DNA from: the human T2T-CHM13v2.0 reference genome, Homo sapiens
Length of the DNA: 64,000 nucleotides
Assembly (NCBI RefSeq): GCF_009914755.1
Contig: NC_060945.1
Strand: one strand, 5' to 3'
Positions 12,123 to 25,373 of this stretch are shown piece by piece. Within the stretch, counting starts at the first letter, position 1; each line of letters opens with the position of its first letter. The notes beneath the pieces were generated by a model. That model had not been told where the DNA came from, did not search any database, and saw nothing but the letters and a program-made list of their open reading frames with translations. A program made the translations under genes and the position numbers.

Positions 12123-14724
12123 GCTCTAGACCATTGCTCTTTTCAGGAACTCTGTTCCTGCAGATGATTTCAGAAATGCTATCTAGAGTGTGCAAAGACA
12201 AACTAAAAAATGGTTGAAAGAGTTCTAGATGGATTGCTTTTACCCATGGCATAAGTATGCTAATGGAATGAATAGACAGCATCAGTAGGTTAGTCAGATA
12301 CTACCTTAAACATAAAATTGTTGCTCATGAAATGTGACTGGGAAAAAAAATAAATGCCGAACTACTATTCCCAAAATATTTTGAAACTCTTTATTCACAA
12401 AATCCTTCATATGGTGTATAACCATATCCCATCCTCCCTCGAAAATAAGTCGAAACTTAACACCAAACAGTCTACTTTTCAGCCAAGTATTTGAGACAGT
12501 TATATGAACAATGATTCACATGTTCATAAACATATTGCCGCGGAAGATAAGTGGGCTTTTGTTTTCTTCCATGACATTCTGGTCCAATGCTTCCTTATCG
12601 GCTACCGATCACATGCTGTGGGCACTAAGTATCCCCCTGTGGGATATGACATTGGGAAACATTCAACTCAGGCTCACTGAGATGGGGGACAGCCAGGGGT
12701 GACTTCTTTGGCAGCTACACCATCTCAAAACCTTCGTAGTTCTGCTCTTGACTGCTTGAAAAATCACTCCTCTATGTATCTTTGCTATGTGTCCTTTATT
12801 GATAATAGAGCATCAGACTTCCAATAAGAATATATTTTACATTTAATTTTCGCTGATCATTTCAACACCCTCTCCATTTCTCTTTGACTTTGATCTTCAA
12901 GGCAATGAACTCATATGCTTGGCAGAAGTGCCCATGTAAGGGAAGGCTGCTTTCTGGCACTGGTTCTGTTGTTTTATCTGTAAGAGACTGTGTTTAAAAA
13001 CTGAGCTTTATAGAAGTCATTGCATAGGCAGCTTGGGTGAACACAGATGTACATTACATCACAACAGTATAAAAAACAGCATGAAGCTACAAATAGGGAC
13101 TCGGCTAGTGCTGACCACTACACACCAGCAACTGTGTCGATTTCCTGGGAGCTGGGATCAGCTTCTCATTCTGAATGAGACTCCTCCTCCACCACACCCT
13201 TTTGAAGACATCACTAAATTAATACAACATTCTGGCTACCCTTTCCTGGAGGGCTAAGTTCAGCCAAGTTTTACATTCTCCCTTCATCAAACTCACTGAG
13301 GAGGAACGCTCTAGCTCTTGCCCCACACACCCCACACCGCCACCCCGCTGCCTACCCGCTTTATTTTTTAAAGGGCAAGAATGTGGATCGTGGAAGAGCT
13401 CATCCTCATTCTGCAGGATCCACACCATATCTGCAAAGCAACTCTGGAGGTTCCCTGGCTGGGCTGGATGGGAACAGATGAGATTTGCCTGCTCTTGAAA
13501 TTAGATGCTAATGGGGAACACAAATTAGGAAGAGCAAGAGCTGCTGCTAAGAACCAATCTAGAAGTGTCTGTGAAATGAAAAAAAAAGTTTGAGTCAACC
13601 TTAACATAATTAAGTTGCTCTCTATTTTCCTCCAGATCTTCTTAAAATTCTACATCAAAGTTTGAGCATGGAGTTTTGGAAACATTTTGCATTCCCTTCT
13701 TGCCTAGGTTTGCATATCCCTGTGGTTATATAAGAACTAAGCGGAAGCAAAGAATGCAATTTTAGCCATTTGCTAAGATACAGGCTTTACATAACACCTA
13801 ACTGAGAGATGCTATGCAGTAGTTGTATTGTCTCACTATGCCTAGCTGTGCTGAAAAGCACTAGGCTGTGAGCTCCAATGGAGGAATAATTTAAGATTCC
13901 AAGAAACCCCTGAAGAGCAGCAGCTTCAAAGTAGAAGCAAAGGCTGCATTTGCAGGCTTAACTCTCTAATCTCTTTTGATAACACCCCAGAGGCATATCA
14001 TAATATATGGGTTGTCATGGGGATGGAAGAGGAAAGGATGGGGTTGCAGAACATCATCCTTGGGATAGAACTGAGCTTTTGCATGACCTGCTCCTAAGAG
14101 GACAGGCAGGGTGGTGCACTGTGTAGTTAATAGGGGCTTGCAAGATTCTGTGGATCTGTTTTTGCCACTTTTTCCCCTGAGACCTCAAAGGGCTATGGCT
14201 CCAAAAGAAGTGGATTCAGCAAAAAAGAAGGGTGTTTGTAGAGGACGTACAGAAAGGGATTCTGGTCGTAGTAACTGCAACAACGTGAGAAACACGTGAA
14301 ACATCATAAAATAAAGTATAATAAAATATATATATATTTAAAAAATCATAAAACCACAGAATGTAAAATGATATGCCTATGGGTTGATACTTTATGAGAG
14401 TAGAGAAGACTGTCTCAATGCTAATTCAACAAAGGGGTTGTGAAAGAAGGTAAATCTTGAATCAGGAAAACGTGGGAAAATACTAGGTACGGGCATGCAA
14501 GGAAAAGGGATGAGGTTTGGACAAATGGCAGGTAGTGGTGGTGGCAGGGCATGTTCACATGTGGTCCCCTGTGAGGTCAGTGAACGGCCTCGGCCAATTG
14601 TGCAGGGAGACTGAACTGACACAGCAGCAGCGAGACTGACCTGACAGGGAAGCAGTCAGGGGGCTCTGGAATAAATGATCCACTTGGGAAGGTGGGCCAT
14701 GAACAGAAGAAAAGGTAGATTGGG

Positions 14725-15204
<480 letters not shown>

Positions 15205-17199
15205 TTAACCAGTAAACCCTGAACACCACTGTCTCCTCTATCAGGGACTCTATAATGAAACGGCCACCATGCAGAGAAGAGACAGATTCTGGTCTAAGTA
15301 GAGTTGTTACCTAGGAGCCTGGCTTGCTTCATGGTCAGCACAATAACGCTGACCAGAGTTCGGTTCCCTCGGATGTGGGATTAGACAAAGGGTATGGAAA
15401 TGAAGATCATGGCACAGCAAACCAAGAGTGGAGGAGACAGGGATTTGGGTCTGTATCCCCAAGGACCTTCAAAGAAACAGTCAACAATCACCTTTCTGAA
15501 AGTAGTCAGGTACCCACTGACCACAGGGATATCGTCAGATTCCCAGTGACCTCCCTCTGGAGCTCGTTCAGCTCTGAAAGTTAGTGATGCAAAAGCTCTT
15601 CCCCCTCAGCCATCACGACGTTCATTCTCCAGTTGCAGGTTCACAGCTTTTATCTCCACAGGAGCAGTCCTTTAAGGTTGATCGCTTAGCAATGGATGAC
15701 CCGAGGTGTATAACTAGTTCTTATCTCCAAGTTCAAGTCCCTGAATAGGGCCTACAGTAAATAGTCCTCTGGCTTGTTCAGTCTGCTTTAAATTCTTTAC
15801 AGGTCAGATACCAATATTTGTATTGGTTCTCATAATCACAGTAGCAGCGGTCAAAACAGGTTATTTCAGGTACAAACTGAGTCGCGAAAACATACTTGAC
15901 TAGTAGTGGAGCTGTGGAAGTGTGCTCTCTCCCAGGTCACGCTCAAATTATGGGCCCATGGAAGACCACCATCAGAGCGGCATGGGAGGTGTCTGAGTTT
16001 GCCACCCTTGCCTTCCCTGGGTTGGGCAGAGAGGGAGTCCCAACCAACATCCTCACAGTCACCCTCTTCTCCATCCACCTGGATGGGCCATACCTTCCAA
16101 ATCCACCATATCCTAAAATGTGAAAACAAAGCAGCTCCAGGACCCACTGTCTTAACCAGGTAGCATCAGTCAGCTGGCTTGTCTGACAGAGAGATTGTGC
16201 CAATGAATTTGGCCAGTGTTGTGATCTTTTAACACAGTTTATAATACTAGCTCACAACCCCTGGCTTTGCAACTCAGTCAGAGGCACCTATGAGATGTCT
16301 TAACATAAACAAACAAATACAAAATTAAAAAGTAAAAAAATTTTTAAAACCCTAGCCAAATGTTTTGGAAATAGTTTTTATTTTTTTAGTTTATATGGAA
16401 ATATTTTTTAAATGCTCACAGAATTACAAAATCTCTAAAGCTTGAGTCAAACATGAATTTCTATTTTCCACTCGCAATACACGTGGTGGATGTCTTTAGG
16501 ACCAATCTTGCAGACTCTAGGCACTGGGTCTTGCCCATGTTTCAATGGCCTGTGAAATCTTTTACATGACAGAGATGACTTACTACCTCTTAGTACCCCT
16601 TAGCTGCTAAGCCTTTCCATCATGCTTCCCAGGAGCAAGACAGTAAACTTTTTCTCTGACGTTAGAGAAGAGAAAATTGCCAGCCTGAAGTCACTAGGCA
16701 GTAACCAGGGCAGTGTCAGTATTTGAACAGCCTGAGAAGCTTCCTCATTCATTCTCTTTAGCTCCCTGGGCCCCCAGTCTTTCTCATTAGAAAGAAAGAG
16801 TAGTTGCCAAGCCTAGATCTTGAACCAGTTCGAACTGAGACTTGTGTATTCCGGATATGTGATAGAGTTTAACATGAATTCTGGAAGCATGTATGAATAT
16901 GGAGAAACCATCCCACCACCCTGAACACAATGTCATCAGCTGTGAGGCTGGTACAATGATACCTAGCTTATCGGGCTGATGTAAGTCCCAGGGAGAGGAC
17001 AAATGCTAAAGGCAAGCTATACCCTTCTGGGAAATGCCCTCTCTCCCTGCTCATTATTCGTCTGGCAAACATCTAATTCCCCTTTGCCATGTGGCCATTC
17101 CTCTGGAAAGCATCTTTATGCCTTTCATGGGGGATTGAGTTCCTCCCCACCCCTGCTCCTACGCCCTGTATTGCTAGAAGTGGTTCCTCTACCATAAAA

Positions 17200-17490
17200 T
17201 CTATCACATTAGGGAAAACATTTATGTGTACATATGTGTCTCTCTGGCTCTAGGTCACTCTACTGAAACATCTAGAACTGGAGGCAAAACATTTCGGTTT
17301 GTTCACCATCATACCATCCGTGGCTGGCACAGAGGAGGCACTCAGCAAATGAACAAACCAAGCTGAATGAAGAAGTAAACTTTCTGAAGACAGGAAGCTT
17401 ACTGAAGCCTGGTTCATCTATATATTCCCAGAGTCTAACACCACGCTTGGCACTAATGGGCACTTGATAGATGTTTATTTTTGCATGAAT
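17200..17490 (+). mobile_element. L2 3' end fragments
   Basis: ggctggcacagaggaggcactcagcaaatg and cttggcactaatgggcacttgatagatgtttatt...tgaatg. Confidence 0.55.
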
Positions 17491-17506
17491 GGCATGTAAA
17501 TTTATT
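17474..17506 (-). terminator. Candidate intronic polyadenylation signals (two AATAAA) for the ERG8-type transcript
   Basis: tttatt on the plus strand at 17474-17479 and 17501-17506, ~260-290 nt past the read-through stop. Confidence 0.6.
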
Positions 17507-17767
17507 ACCTAATTAAATCATTTGGAGGACAGGCAGTAAGATTCAGATGTAAATACTACTGGTTGCATGCTTCTGCTCTGCAAGACTGGCTTCTTGTGAC
17601 ATACTGATAATCGGTCACTGTGAATCTGGGGAGTGTCCTTGTTTTGTGCTCTTCCCCCGAGGAGGGACAGATCCTTCTGTTAGTTCAAAAGTCGGCCTAT
17701 TCCTAACTGCCAGGCATCCAGGATGCCTTCTTTGCCCATCTGTCTTTCTGAAAAGCTAGTTAAAGGG

Positions 17768-17979
17768 CTAATCTGCTCTTAATTCCTTTAGTGTGGTCTT
17801 TGAATGAAATGGTTTGAGTGGATTTAGTCTCCAAATCAACAGAGGCAGAATAAGACTGTCTGGGACTGGCTTCAGCTCCGGGATCAGCTCTCTTTGTATC
17901 ACGTGACTTAGGGCACGGATCTCAGCAGGACATCTGGGATGTCTCTCAATGAAGAGATCACACAGGGGTGTTTTCGTAC
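17768..17979 (-). CDS. ERG: Alternative C-terminal extension from read-through of the 72-nt exon donor (GTKTPLCDLF...KELRAD*), ETS-less ERG8-type isoform
   Basis: In-frame 70-aa continuation to a stop at 17768; matches the ERG8 unique C-terminus as I recall it; AATAAA (minus) at 17501-17506 and 17474-17479. Confidence 0.85.
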
Positions 17980-18051
17980 CTGGCCTAGTTGTAATTCTTT
18001 GCGTAGCTTCAGGATATACTGAAGTATTTGGGAAAATAAAAGCTGCACCCC
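17980..18051 (-). CDS. ERG: ERG 72-nt cassette exon (GAAFIFPNTSVYPEATQRITTRP; 'exon 7b')
   Basis: Translation matches; acceptor tgcAG at 18052-18053, non-consensus donor GTacga at 17978-17979. Confidence 0.97.
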
Positions 18052-19962
18052 CTGCAGACAAAAGGAAAGACAAACATGTGAAGGTCTTTTGTTGTGGTTG
18101 TCGATCTCAACATCAGCGCCAAATCTACTTTTCCCTATGACAACAAAGGGAAGAGACCTCCTCAAACCTGCCTTAACAGAGCTCCGGAGAAACAGACAGG
18201 TGCACCTGTCAGATTCTCAAGATGGAAGTGAAACTTGGAGCCTTGGTGTACTCCTGTGCCCCGTTTGCTATAAAGCGTTTTGTGTTTTGATTTTATAACT
18301 TCTTGATGAAGCCCTATCTGTGTCCCCCTCAATCCCACTTCCCACTGGGCAATCTCGTTTTATTAAAAAATTATATGGTACATGTTTTATTTTTCAACTT
18401 GTATAAAAACCCATAATATATTTTACAGAGCTTTTGGAAAGTAGTATCAAGCAATTATAAGTATTTAGCCTAAGAGTATATGGATTTTATTAATAATTAA
18501 TCCACATCTCTATTCAAATGCATTTTCCCTCTCTCTCTTTTGACCAAAACTCATGCTGTTAGCTGAGAAAATTCCCTTTTCATAGTTCAGTCCATTTGGA
18601 ATTTGTTGTCTTGTTCATTGGTTTCTTCCGTGTTTAACAATAGCAAAATTTAATATATTTGGAGCTTTTTTGAAACTTTCACTCAATGGTTAAAGAACTC
18701 ATAAATAAATGTGAAATTATCAGAAAATGTGCATAGCTCAAAGGTGTTTCCTAAGAAGGGGAAGTAACTTCCTCTAAGTTATCTGTTATTTCTGGCCACA
18801 AGGTCACTAATAGGCTGATGTGTGCAACCAAAATTATTGAAAAAGTGTACTACCAACTCGAAGCAGGTTTTTTAAAACTTCAGATTAAAAAGACAATGTG
18901 TTGAATATAGAAGACCATGATAAATGAGCAATTTCATTGTAATACTCAAACCGGGACTCACTCACATTTTATATTTTAAAATAAAATGGTAAATATTGGG
19001 AAAATTGCGTATTTCTATGTGAGGGCTGATCGTGAGTTAACTGGCTGACTTGCAAGGCTTTCTGGCACTTCCCGTCTCCCTCCCTAGCCCGAGTGATTGT
19101 GGAGGGTCCCTGCAGCTAACAGAGTGGGGTGAGCAGCCGGTGGCCATGCTTCCGGAACTCTCTCCATCAGGAAGGAGCAGATGGATGTGAACCAGGAACA
19201 CATTCATCCACAGAAAACCCAGCCTCTGCTGTGAGCGGGGGGCGAGGGAGGAAGGTTAGCCAGGATGAGGCACGGTGTTAAACCCTACTTAGGCTCAGGC
19301 AAAATAAATACATAACTAAGTCAAATGTAGAGGCAACGGTTAGAGATAGAAAACAGGCATTTGGTTAGTGACTAATTTCATATTCTCCAAAATTATAGCA
19401 GAGGTTCCCTCTGAACAAAAGCTCTCAAAATGTTACAGAAATTCCCTCCTGCCTTTTGCAAACATACAAAGTCTGTAGGAAAACAAATCAAATAGCCTAA
19501 AAGTTTATTGGAAAGGAAAAAGAAAATTCCAACTTATCCTAGCAAATATTTCTTTAAGAATAAAAATGGAAAAAATTAAAGGAGGTTGCTAAGGGCCCTT
19601 TTATATCGAACATGCTTTTAGTGTCTACAGAGTCAGCACAGCGAATATATTGGGACCAACAGAAGAAGACTGTAATCCGGCAAATGTGAGCTAAGTTATG
19701 GCTAAAGGCAAATTCTGCACGTCTCCTGGTTAAAAAGGAACCCTTTGATAATCAAAGTGGGGTGCTTGGGAAGCGCTCAGAAAACCAAAGGGCTTCACCT
19801 TCCTTTAGGCTGTGGTACATTCCTAAGTATCCGAAAGTATTCTGAATCATCTACCTGCGTTCTGTCTTCCTGGCACGCGCTGACTGGTTTCCCATGAAAG
19901 CATGCAACCTGTACGTAAGACCCTACGCTCTTGCTGGGAGGCAGGGGCGGGGCCAGCATTAC

Positions 19963-20043
19963 CTGTGTTTCTAGCATGCATTAACCGTGGAGAGTTTTGT
20001 AAGGCTTTATCAACATCATCTGAAGTCAAATGTGGAAGAGGAG
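19963..20043 (-). CDS. ERG: ERG coding exon, 81 nt (PLPHLTSDDVDKALQNSPRLMHARNT), cassette-type exon
   Basis: Translation matches; acceptor tgtAG at 20044-20045, donor GTaatg at 19961-19962. Confidence 0.97.
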
Positions 20044-20911
20044 CTACAAAACAAAACAAAAAGCGACATCAAAATGAAAAAAAAAAGAGAGAGAGAGAAA
20101 GAGAATTACCTTTCTTACAAAAAAAAAAAAAAAAAAAGAAAGAAAAAGAAAGAAAGAAAACCGTTCCCCCACTCCCACACTAACATCATGGGAAGCTTAT
20201 AACTATTTCCAGCAACCTGCTACTTGTTAGCATGTTAAAACCTACATGGGGGCCCGTCTTTAATTCAGGGAAGAAGTGGTTGGGATGCCAGGCAAAGCAA
20301 TGGAGGAGAATTTATCCACCTCACTGTCTGTCACACTACTTCCTTCTCACCATGCTGGACGTTGTAGAAATTAAAGCATGCAGCAAACATTCTGGATTCA
20401 TGCCAACATGCCATCCCTTTCTGTCAGGTTAAGCCGAATCACATGATACAAAGTGAAAACTTCCCTTGTTCTGTGCTCAGGTTAGAATATAAAGTGGGGC
20501 TTCATGTAGCTTTAGGGAGAATAATCCCCCTAATTCCTACGAAAGAGAAGCCTTAATGATTCTATTTTGATTCGGGGTATCATGGAGACTTAACTAATGT
20601 GTGACCAGTTAACGCTTCCTTTCCCCTTTGACATTCCATCTTCTTGGTCGCAGGACCCTGGAGGAGGCAGCTGAGTGTTGAAGTGAATTTTGGCTTCTCC
20701 TGAGAGCGCTGACTACTTCTCATCAGGTGATGTGGCCAGGGTGTTGCTCCCCTAAGTCATCACATACCAAGCATGTGGCTCCCTCGGATCCCCAGTGGGA
20801 ACTGGGCGAGGGCAGGAGGATGCTGTCGACACACCTGGTTGAACCCTCTGAAGCTCGGGTCATAAGAACCATAGCCACAGCCATCTATCCTTGGAGGAAG
20901 GGGGAGCTTAC

Positions 20912-21115
20912 TCTCTCTGAGGTAGTGGAGATGTGAGAGAAGGATGTCGGCGTTGTAGCTGGGGGTGAGCCTCTGGAAGTCGTCCTTGGTCATCTTGCAC
21001 AGTTCCTTCCCATCGATGTTCTGGAATAACAAGATGTTGACGTCTGGAAGGCCATATTCTTTCACCGCCCACTCCAGCCACTGCCGCACATGGTCTGTAC
21101 TCCATAGCGTAGGAT
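20912..21115 (-). CDS. ERG: ERG coding exon, 204 nt, Pointed (PNT/SAM) domain ([21 protein letters not shown]...LHYLRE)
   Basis: Classic PNT motif; acceptor ttcAG at 21116-21117, donor GTaag at 20910-20911. Confidence 0.98.
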
Positions 21116-22479
21116 CTGAAAGGGGTGGGAACACATTCAGTCAATTCCTGAAGCCAGGGATCTTCATCTTGGGGTAGATCCCCATCCACGTGGGATTTCT
21201 GACCAGCTGCCTTCCACAAGCACAGCCTCCAGCCAGCCTCCCTGGCTACCCAGGAGAACATTTTGGGGGAAAGACAAAAGCTGCCTCACATCCATAGATC
21301 ATTGTCTTTAAAGTGAATAGTTCTGGAATCTTGGGATTATTCACATCACATGCCCTTGTTTTTGCTCAATCTAAAGTTTCCTGTAGGCATAAGATTTTAA
21401 AAATTCTTTTTTCTCATTTATGTTCAATTTTATTTATTTATTTTAAAGTGAGTAAGAATAAGAGGAAACTTCTTTTCCTTAGAAAACTACTGGTATATTT
21501 ATATATATTTATATGGAAATAAGAGTAAGCCACACATATCAGGAAGGTGCTAATTACAGATCACAACAACAACAAAAATAATAATAACAGTATTTATGCA
21601 AAATACTGAAAAATACTGACCACAGAATCGGAAATGAAATATAGATACACCAAGACTCTAGCCCCTCCTATGAGCCAGCGTTCCTCATAGAGAGCTGTCA
21701 GTTCCAGACTTTTCCTGCAGGGTGTTTGGTTTTGCAATTAACCAGCACCTGCAGGAGTGGGGTTGGTGAGTGGTTTTTGCATTCCACAGCTGGCCATGGC
21801 GAGCACAAACACCCCACAGGATGCAGGCCACGTCGTCACACTCCAGTGCTACCTATGGGACAGGGAGAGCAGGGCCCGGGGGAGAAGGAGCAGGTGATCT
21901 CCAACAGAAACGCCAGCCGGGATGTCCTGTGGTAAACACCCTCAGTGGTAGGGTCTTCAGAGTGTGGTAAATGGGGCGGCTGCTCCCTTGGGCCCCGAGC
22001 CCTGAGAGACACATGGGCAGGGAGTTGGAGCCCTGAGTTCTAATCCCACCATTTCTCCACTTTCTGGACCTTGCTGTGGGCAGCTATTTCTCCTTTCTGT
22101 GTCTGTCCCACCTGTAAACTAAGAGCACTGATCTCAGTTCCCGGGACAAGCCCTTAGGGGTCAGGCATGCCAGGATGTTCCAGTCCTCTTGAATGAAAGT
22201 CAGGTGTGGGAGTCACATTTTAGCTAATACTTTCAGATCCTTGTTTGTTTGGTCCCACTAATATTTTAGGCTACTCAAGAATGGAGCATGTAGTATGCTG
22301 CTGCAATACATTTTTAGGTTTGCAGAGGTAAACCGTAATAATAGTGAGAAACAGCCAGCCAGTCATACACCCAGAGTTCTCTTCCTCTCCCTCCTTCCCT
22401 CTTCCTTCCTTCGCTTCTCCCTCCCTTTCTTCCCTTCAGCTACATAGAAGAAAGAAATTATTGCAGGTCCAGTAGAATC

Positions 22480-22800
22480 TACCTTTCCCATTCCATTCTC
22501 CTACTGCAAACACCTATCCTGAAGTTAGTAGCTAGTGGTTAGAAGTAACCACTATCCTGAAGTTAGTACGTGTATCACTCCTATACATATTTTAATATTT
22601 TTACCATTTAAACTACATATATTGTTTTGTGTTTTTAAAGTTAACATAAACGATATATGATTTGCTATTGGCACTCAATGTTATAATTTCAAGATGTAGC
22701 CAAGTGAATTCACAAAGATATACTCAATCATTAAGCAGCTCTTAGGCCTCCCCCATGTGAATAATCTCAATTTATTTAGTGAATGTCCCCTGTCCATCTC
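22480..22800 (-). mobile_element. Old L1 (L1M/L1ME) 3' fragment
   Basis: gtaaccactatcctgaagtt...ttttgtgtttttaaag...cactcaatgttataatttcaagat. Confidence 0.5.
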
Positions 22801-22839
22801 CATGCATACGCGTGAATGAGTCCGCATTGGTCCAGGGCC

Positions 22840-23140
22840 TGGGGTCCTTTCTGGAATCATCTGGGGAGACTGAAAAACTAGTGATGCCTGGTCTCCCCTG
22901 GGAGAGTCTGCTTCAATTAGGCTGGAGGGCAGTTGGGCATCACAGTTGATAACAGCTCCCCCAGGTGACTCTAATGAGCAGCCAAGGTTCAGATCATCTT
23001 CCCTGGGCCTCACTATTCCAAGCGTGGTCCTCCAACCGCGGAAGCATCAGCATCACCTGGGAGCTAATTAGAAATGCTGAGTCTCAGGCCCCACCCAGAC
23101 CTGCTGAACCAGAATCTACATTTTCACATGAAACCTGGGG
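22840..23140. mobile_element. Two adjacent MER5-type DNA transposon fragments
   Basis: agctcccccaggtgactctaatgagcagccaaggtt and gcatcagcatcacctgggagctaattagaaatgctgagtctcaggccccacccagacctgctgaaccagaatct. Confidence 0.75.
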
Positions 23141-23276
23141 ACACGCTGGCCTTGGCTGAGTACCTAGATACGGGATTTCTGAGTTACAGGGCACATCCAT
23201 CTTCAACTTGACCAGCTAGCATTGGATGTCTACCAATATTTAAACACCCACATTCTCACTTAAAAATCAGTGCACA

Positions 23277-23577
<301 letters not shown>

Positions 23578-24499
23578 TCATCAGTGCGCAGAACCTGAAA
23601 ACTAAAGGGAACTCTGGTTTTGCTACAGAGAGAATATCAACAAAAACTCCAACGGCAGTGATGACAGAAAAGTGTACATATTTATTTGTCATCCAAACAC
23701 TTGGAAACATGTTGTTAGTCTGTGAAAACTGAATGTAGATATGGAAGGTTAATGTTATCCAGTTCACTGAAGTTCAGATGACTCTTCGTCATTGGCTGAG
23801 AATTTGGCTTTCAGAGATAAAATGTTTCTTTTTTCATGACATGTCAGAATTCCTCTTTCTACAAAAATGGATCATACTGAGGTCTTAGGGCAAGTTCTCT
23901 TTACCTTTGGTTCTGTGCAGAGGATAGTTTGTTCAGCCCTCACAGAGAGAAGACCCCCCATCCTACCCAAGTCATTCCCTGTAAGTTCCATCCTTTGATG
24001 TTAGCGAAACCCACCTTTTTGTTTTGTTTTGCTTTGCTTTTAACAAAATGGGAGGACTATTTTTTTTTTAATGTAACAACTGTACTTCCTAGAAATAAGT
24101 TCATTCTGGGAACAGACTTTCTTCTCTAAATGGTGGAACCGGATATTCTCAAAATGACACATAAACATATTGTCTGAAAGCCACTAGGTTCGTGTTAAAA
24201 TGGTGAAAGGAGAAGTTTAATCTCTCTATTATCCCTTGGTGTGCCCCTTAATTGGTTTCGCTCATCAAGACTAGGGTTATCCTGGCCCATTCAGTTTTCC
24301 TTTAAGGGAATCAGGTGCAAGACCCCAGAGACAAAGTCCTCAACCTGTATTGTACTTATCTCTACAAGTCTCACTTTGAGTTGGTAAAAGGCTGTTCTGG
24401 AGTTCCGGAGTTCTGCCAATATGAGTATAAATTACTACAGCCTTTCTGATGAACAACACAATAATACAACAATACAACACAACAATACAATCAAACGTC

Positions 24500-24960
24500 T
24501 TTAAATATGTGCAGATTCCCTGGCTTAAAAATTCCATTTCTAGAAATTTATCCTAAGGAAATAATAGAGGATGTGCGCAATGATTTATTGTCAAGGATGT
24601 TCTTTGTAGTGTTGTTTATAATAGCAAAACATTGGAAACACCCTAAATGTCCAGCAAAAGAGAAGCAGTTTTGTAATGCATTTAGGAATGTTCCTGTGAT
24701 ATTTAGAGACTAAAAATTACACTGTTGAAATATATTTATTGATATGATAAAATGTTCAAAGTAGATTGCATTTTAAAGTTTCAAAATATTATTATGATAT
24801 CATTGTATTTTGCAAAGATATATAAATATCTGCACAGAAAGAAATTCAGAGGGAGATACAGCAAAATGTGAACTGTTGTCACTGAGGGAAAGGAGATGGG
24901 GAATTTTAGATTTGTCATTTTCACTAAACTATATTTTCTCATTTTTCTATAATAAATATG
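24500..24960 (+). mobile_element. Old L1 (L1M) 3' fragment
   Basis: aattccatttctagaaatttatcctaaggaaataat...gtgttgtttataatagcaaaacattggaaacaccctaaatgtcca. Confidence 0.7.
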
Positions 24961-25036
24961 GAATACTTGGGTTACAAATTATTTATACAAAATGTATTCT
25001 CTATTTTTCAAAACCAAAACATGGTCTTACAAAAGG

Positions 25037-25373
25037 TATATATATATATATATATAATGTATATTATATGTATACTATATATCACCTATATATAATATAT
25101 GTGAAAGTATTTTTATAAAATACTTTAAATACTTTATAAAAAGTATTTTTTAAAAGTATAAAAAATAAAAGTAAAAAAACAAAAAGAAAAGTTAAAAAAA
25201 TGAAACTATGCAAAGCATTTTATAAAAAGTATAAAAAATAAAACTACTAAAATACTTTATAAAAATATTTTTATAAAATAATAAAATATATAATATATAT
25301 AGAATATATACTTACATATATGCTATATATACTACCTATATATAGTATATATGTGAAAGTATTTTTATAAAAT
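25037..25373. repeat. Very AT-rich low-complexity tract with internal direct repeats
   Basis: (TA)n runs; tatatgtgaaagtatttttataaaat at 25096-25121 and 25348-25373. Confidence 0.75.

Noticed and set aside
19030-19350. Identification of the ETS cluster as the published ERG +85 stem-cell enhancer
   Set aside because: Its coordinates cannot be verified from this window and it may lie outside; kept only as an unnamed candidate
19847-20911. In-frame read-through tails after the 204-nt and 81-nt exon donors
   Set aside because: Short tails behind GTAA-type donors, not matching an isoform I recognise; compatible with chance
22378-22437. Pyrimidine tract resembling a GGAA microsatellite (EWS-ETS response element)
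   Set aside because: Only 2-3 consecutive GGAA units, too short and impure
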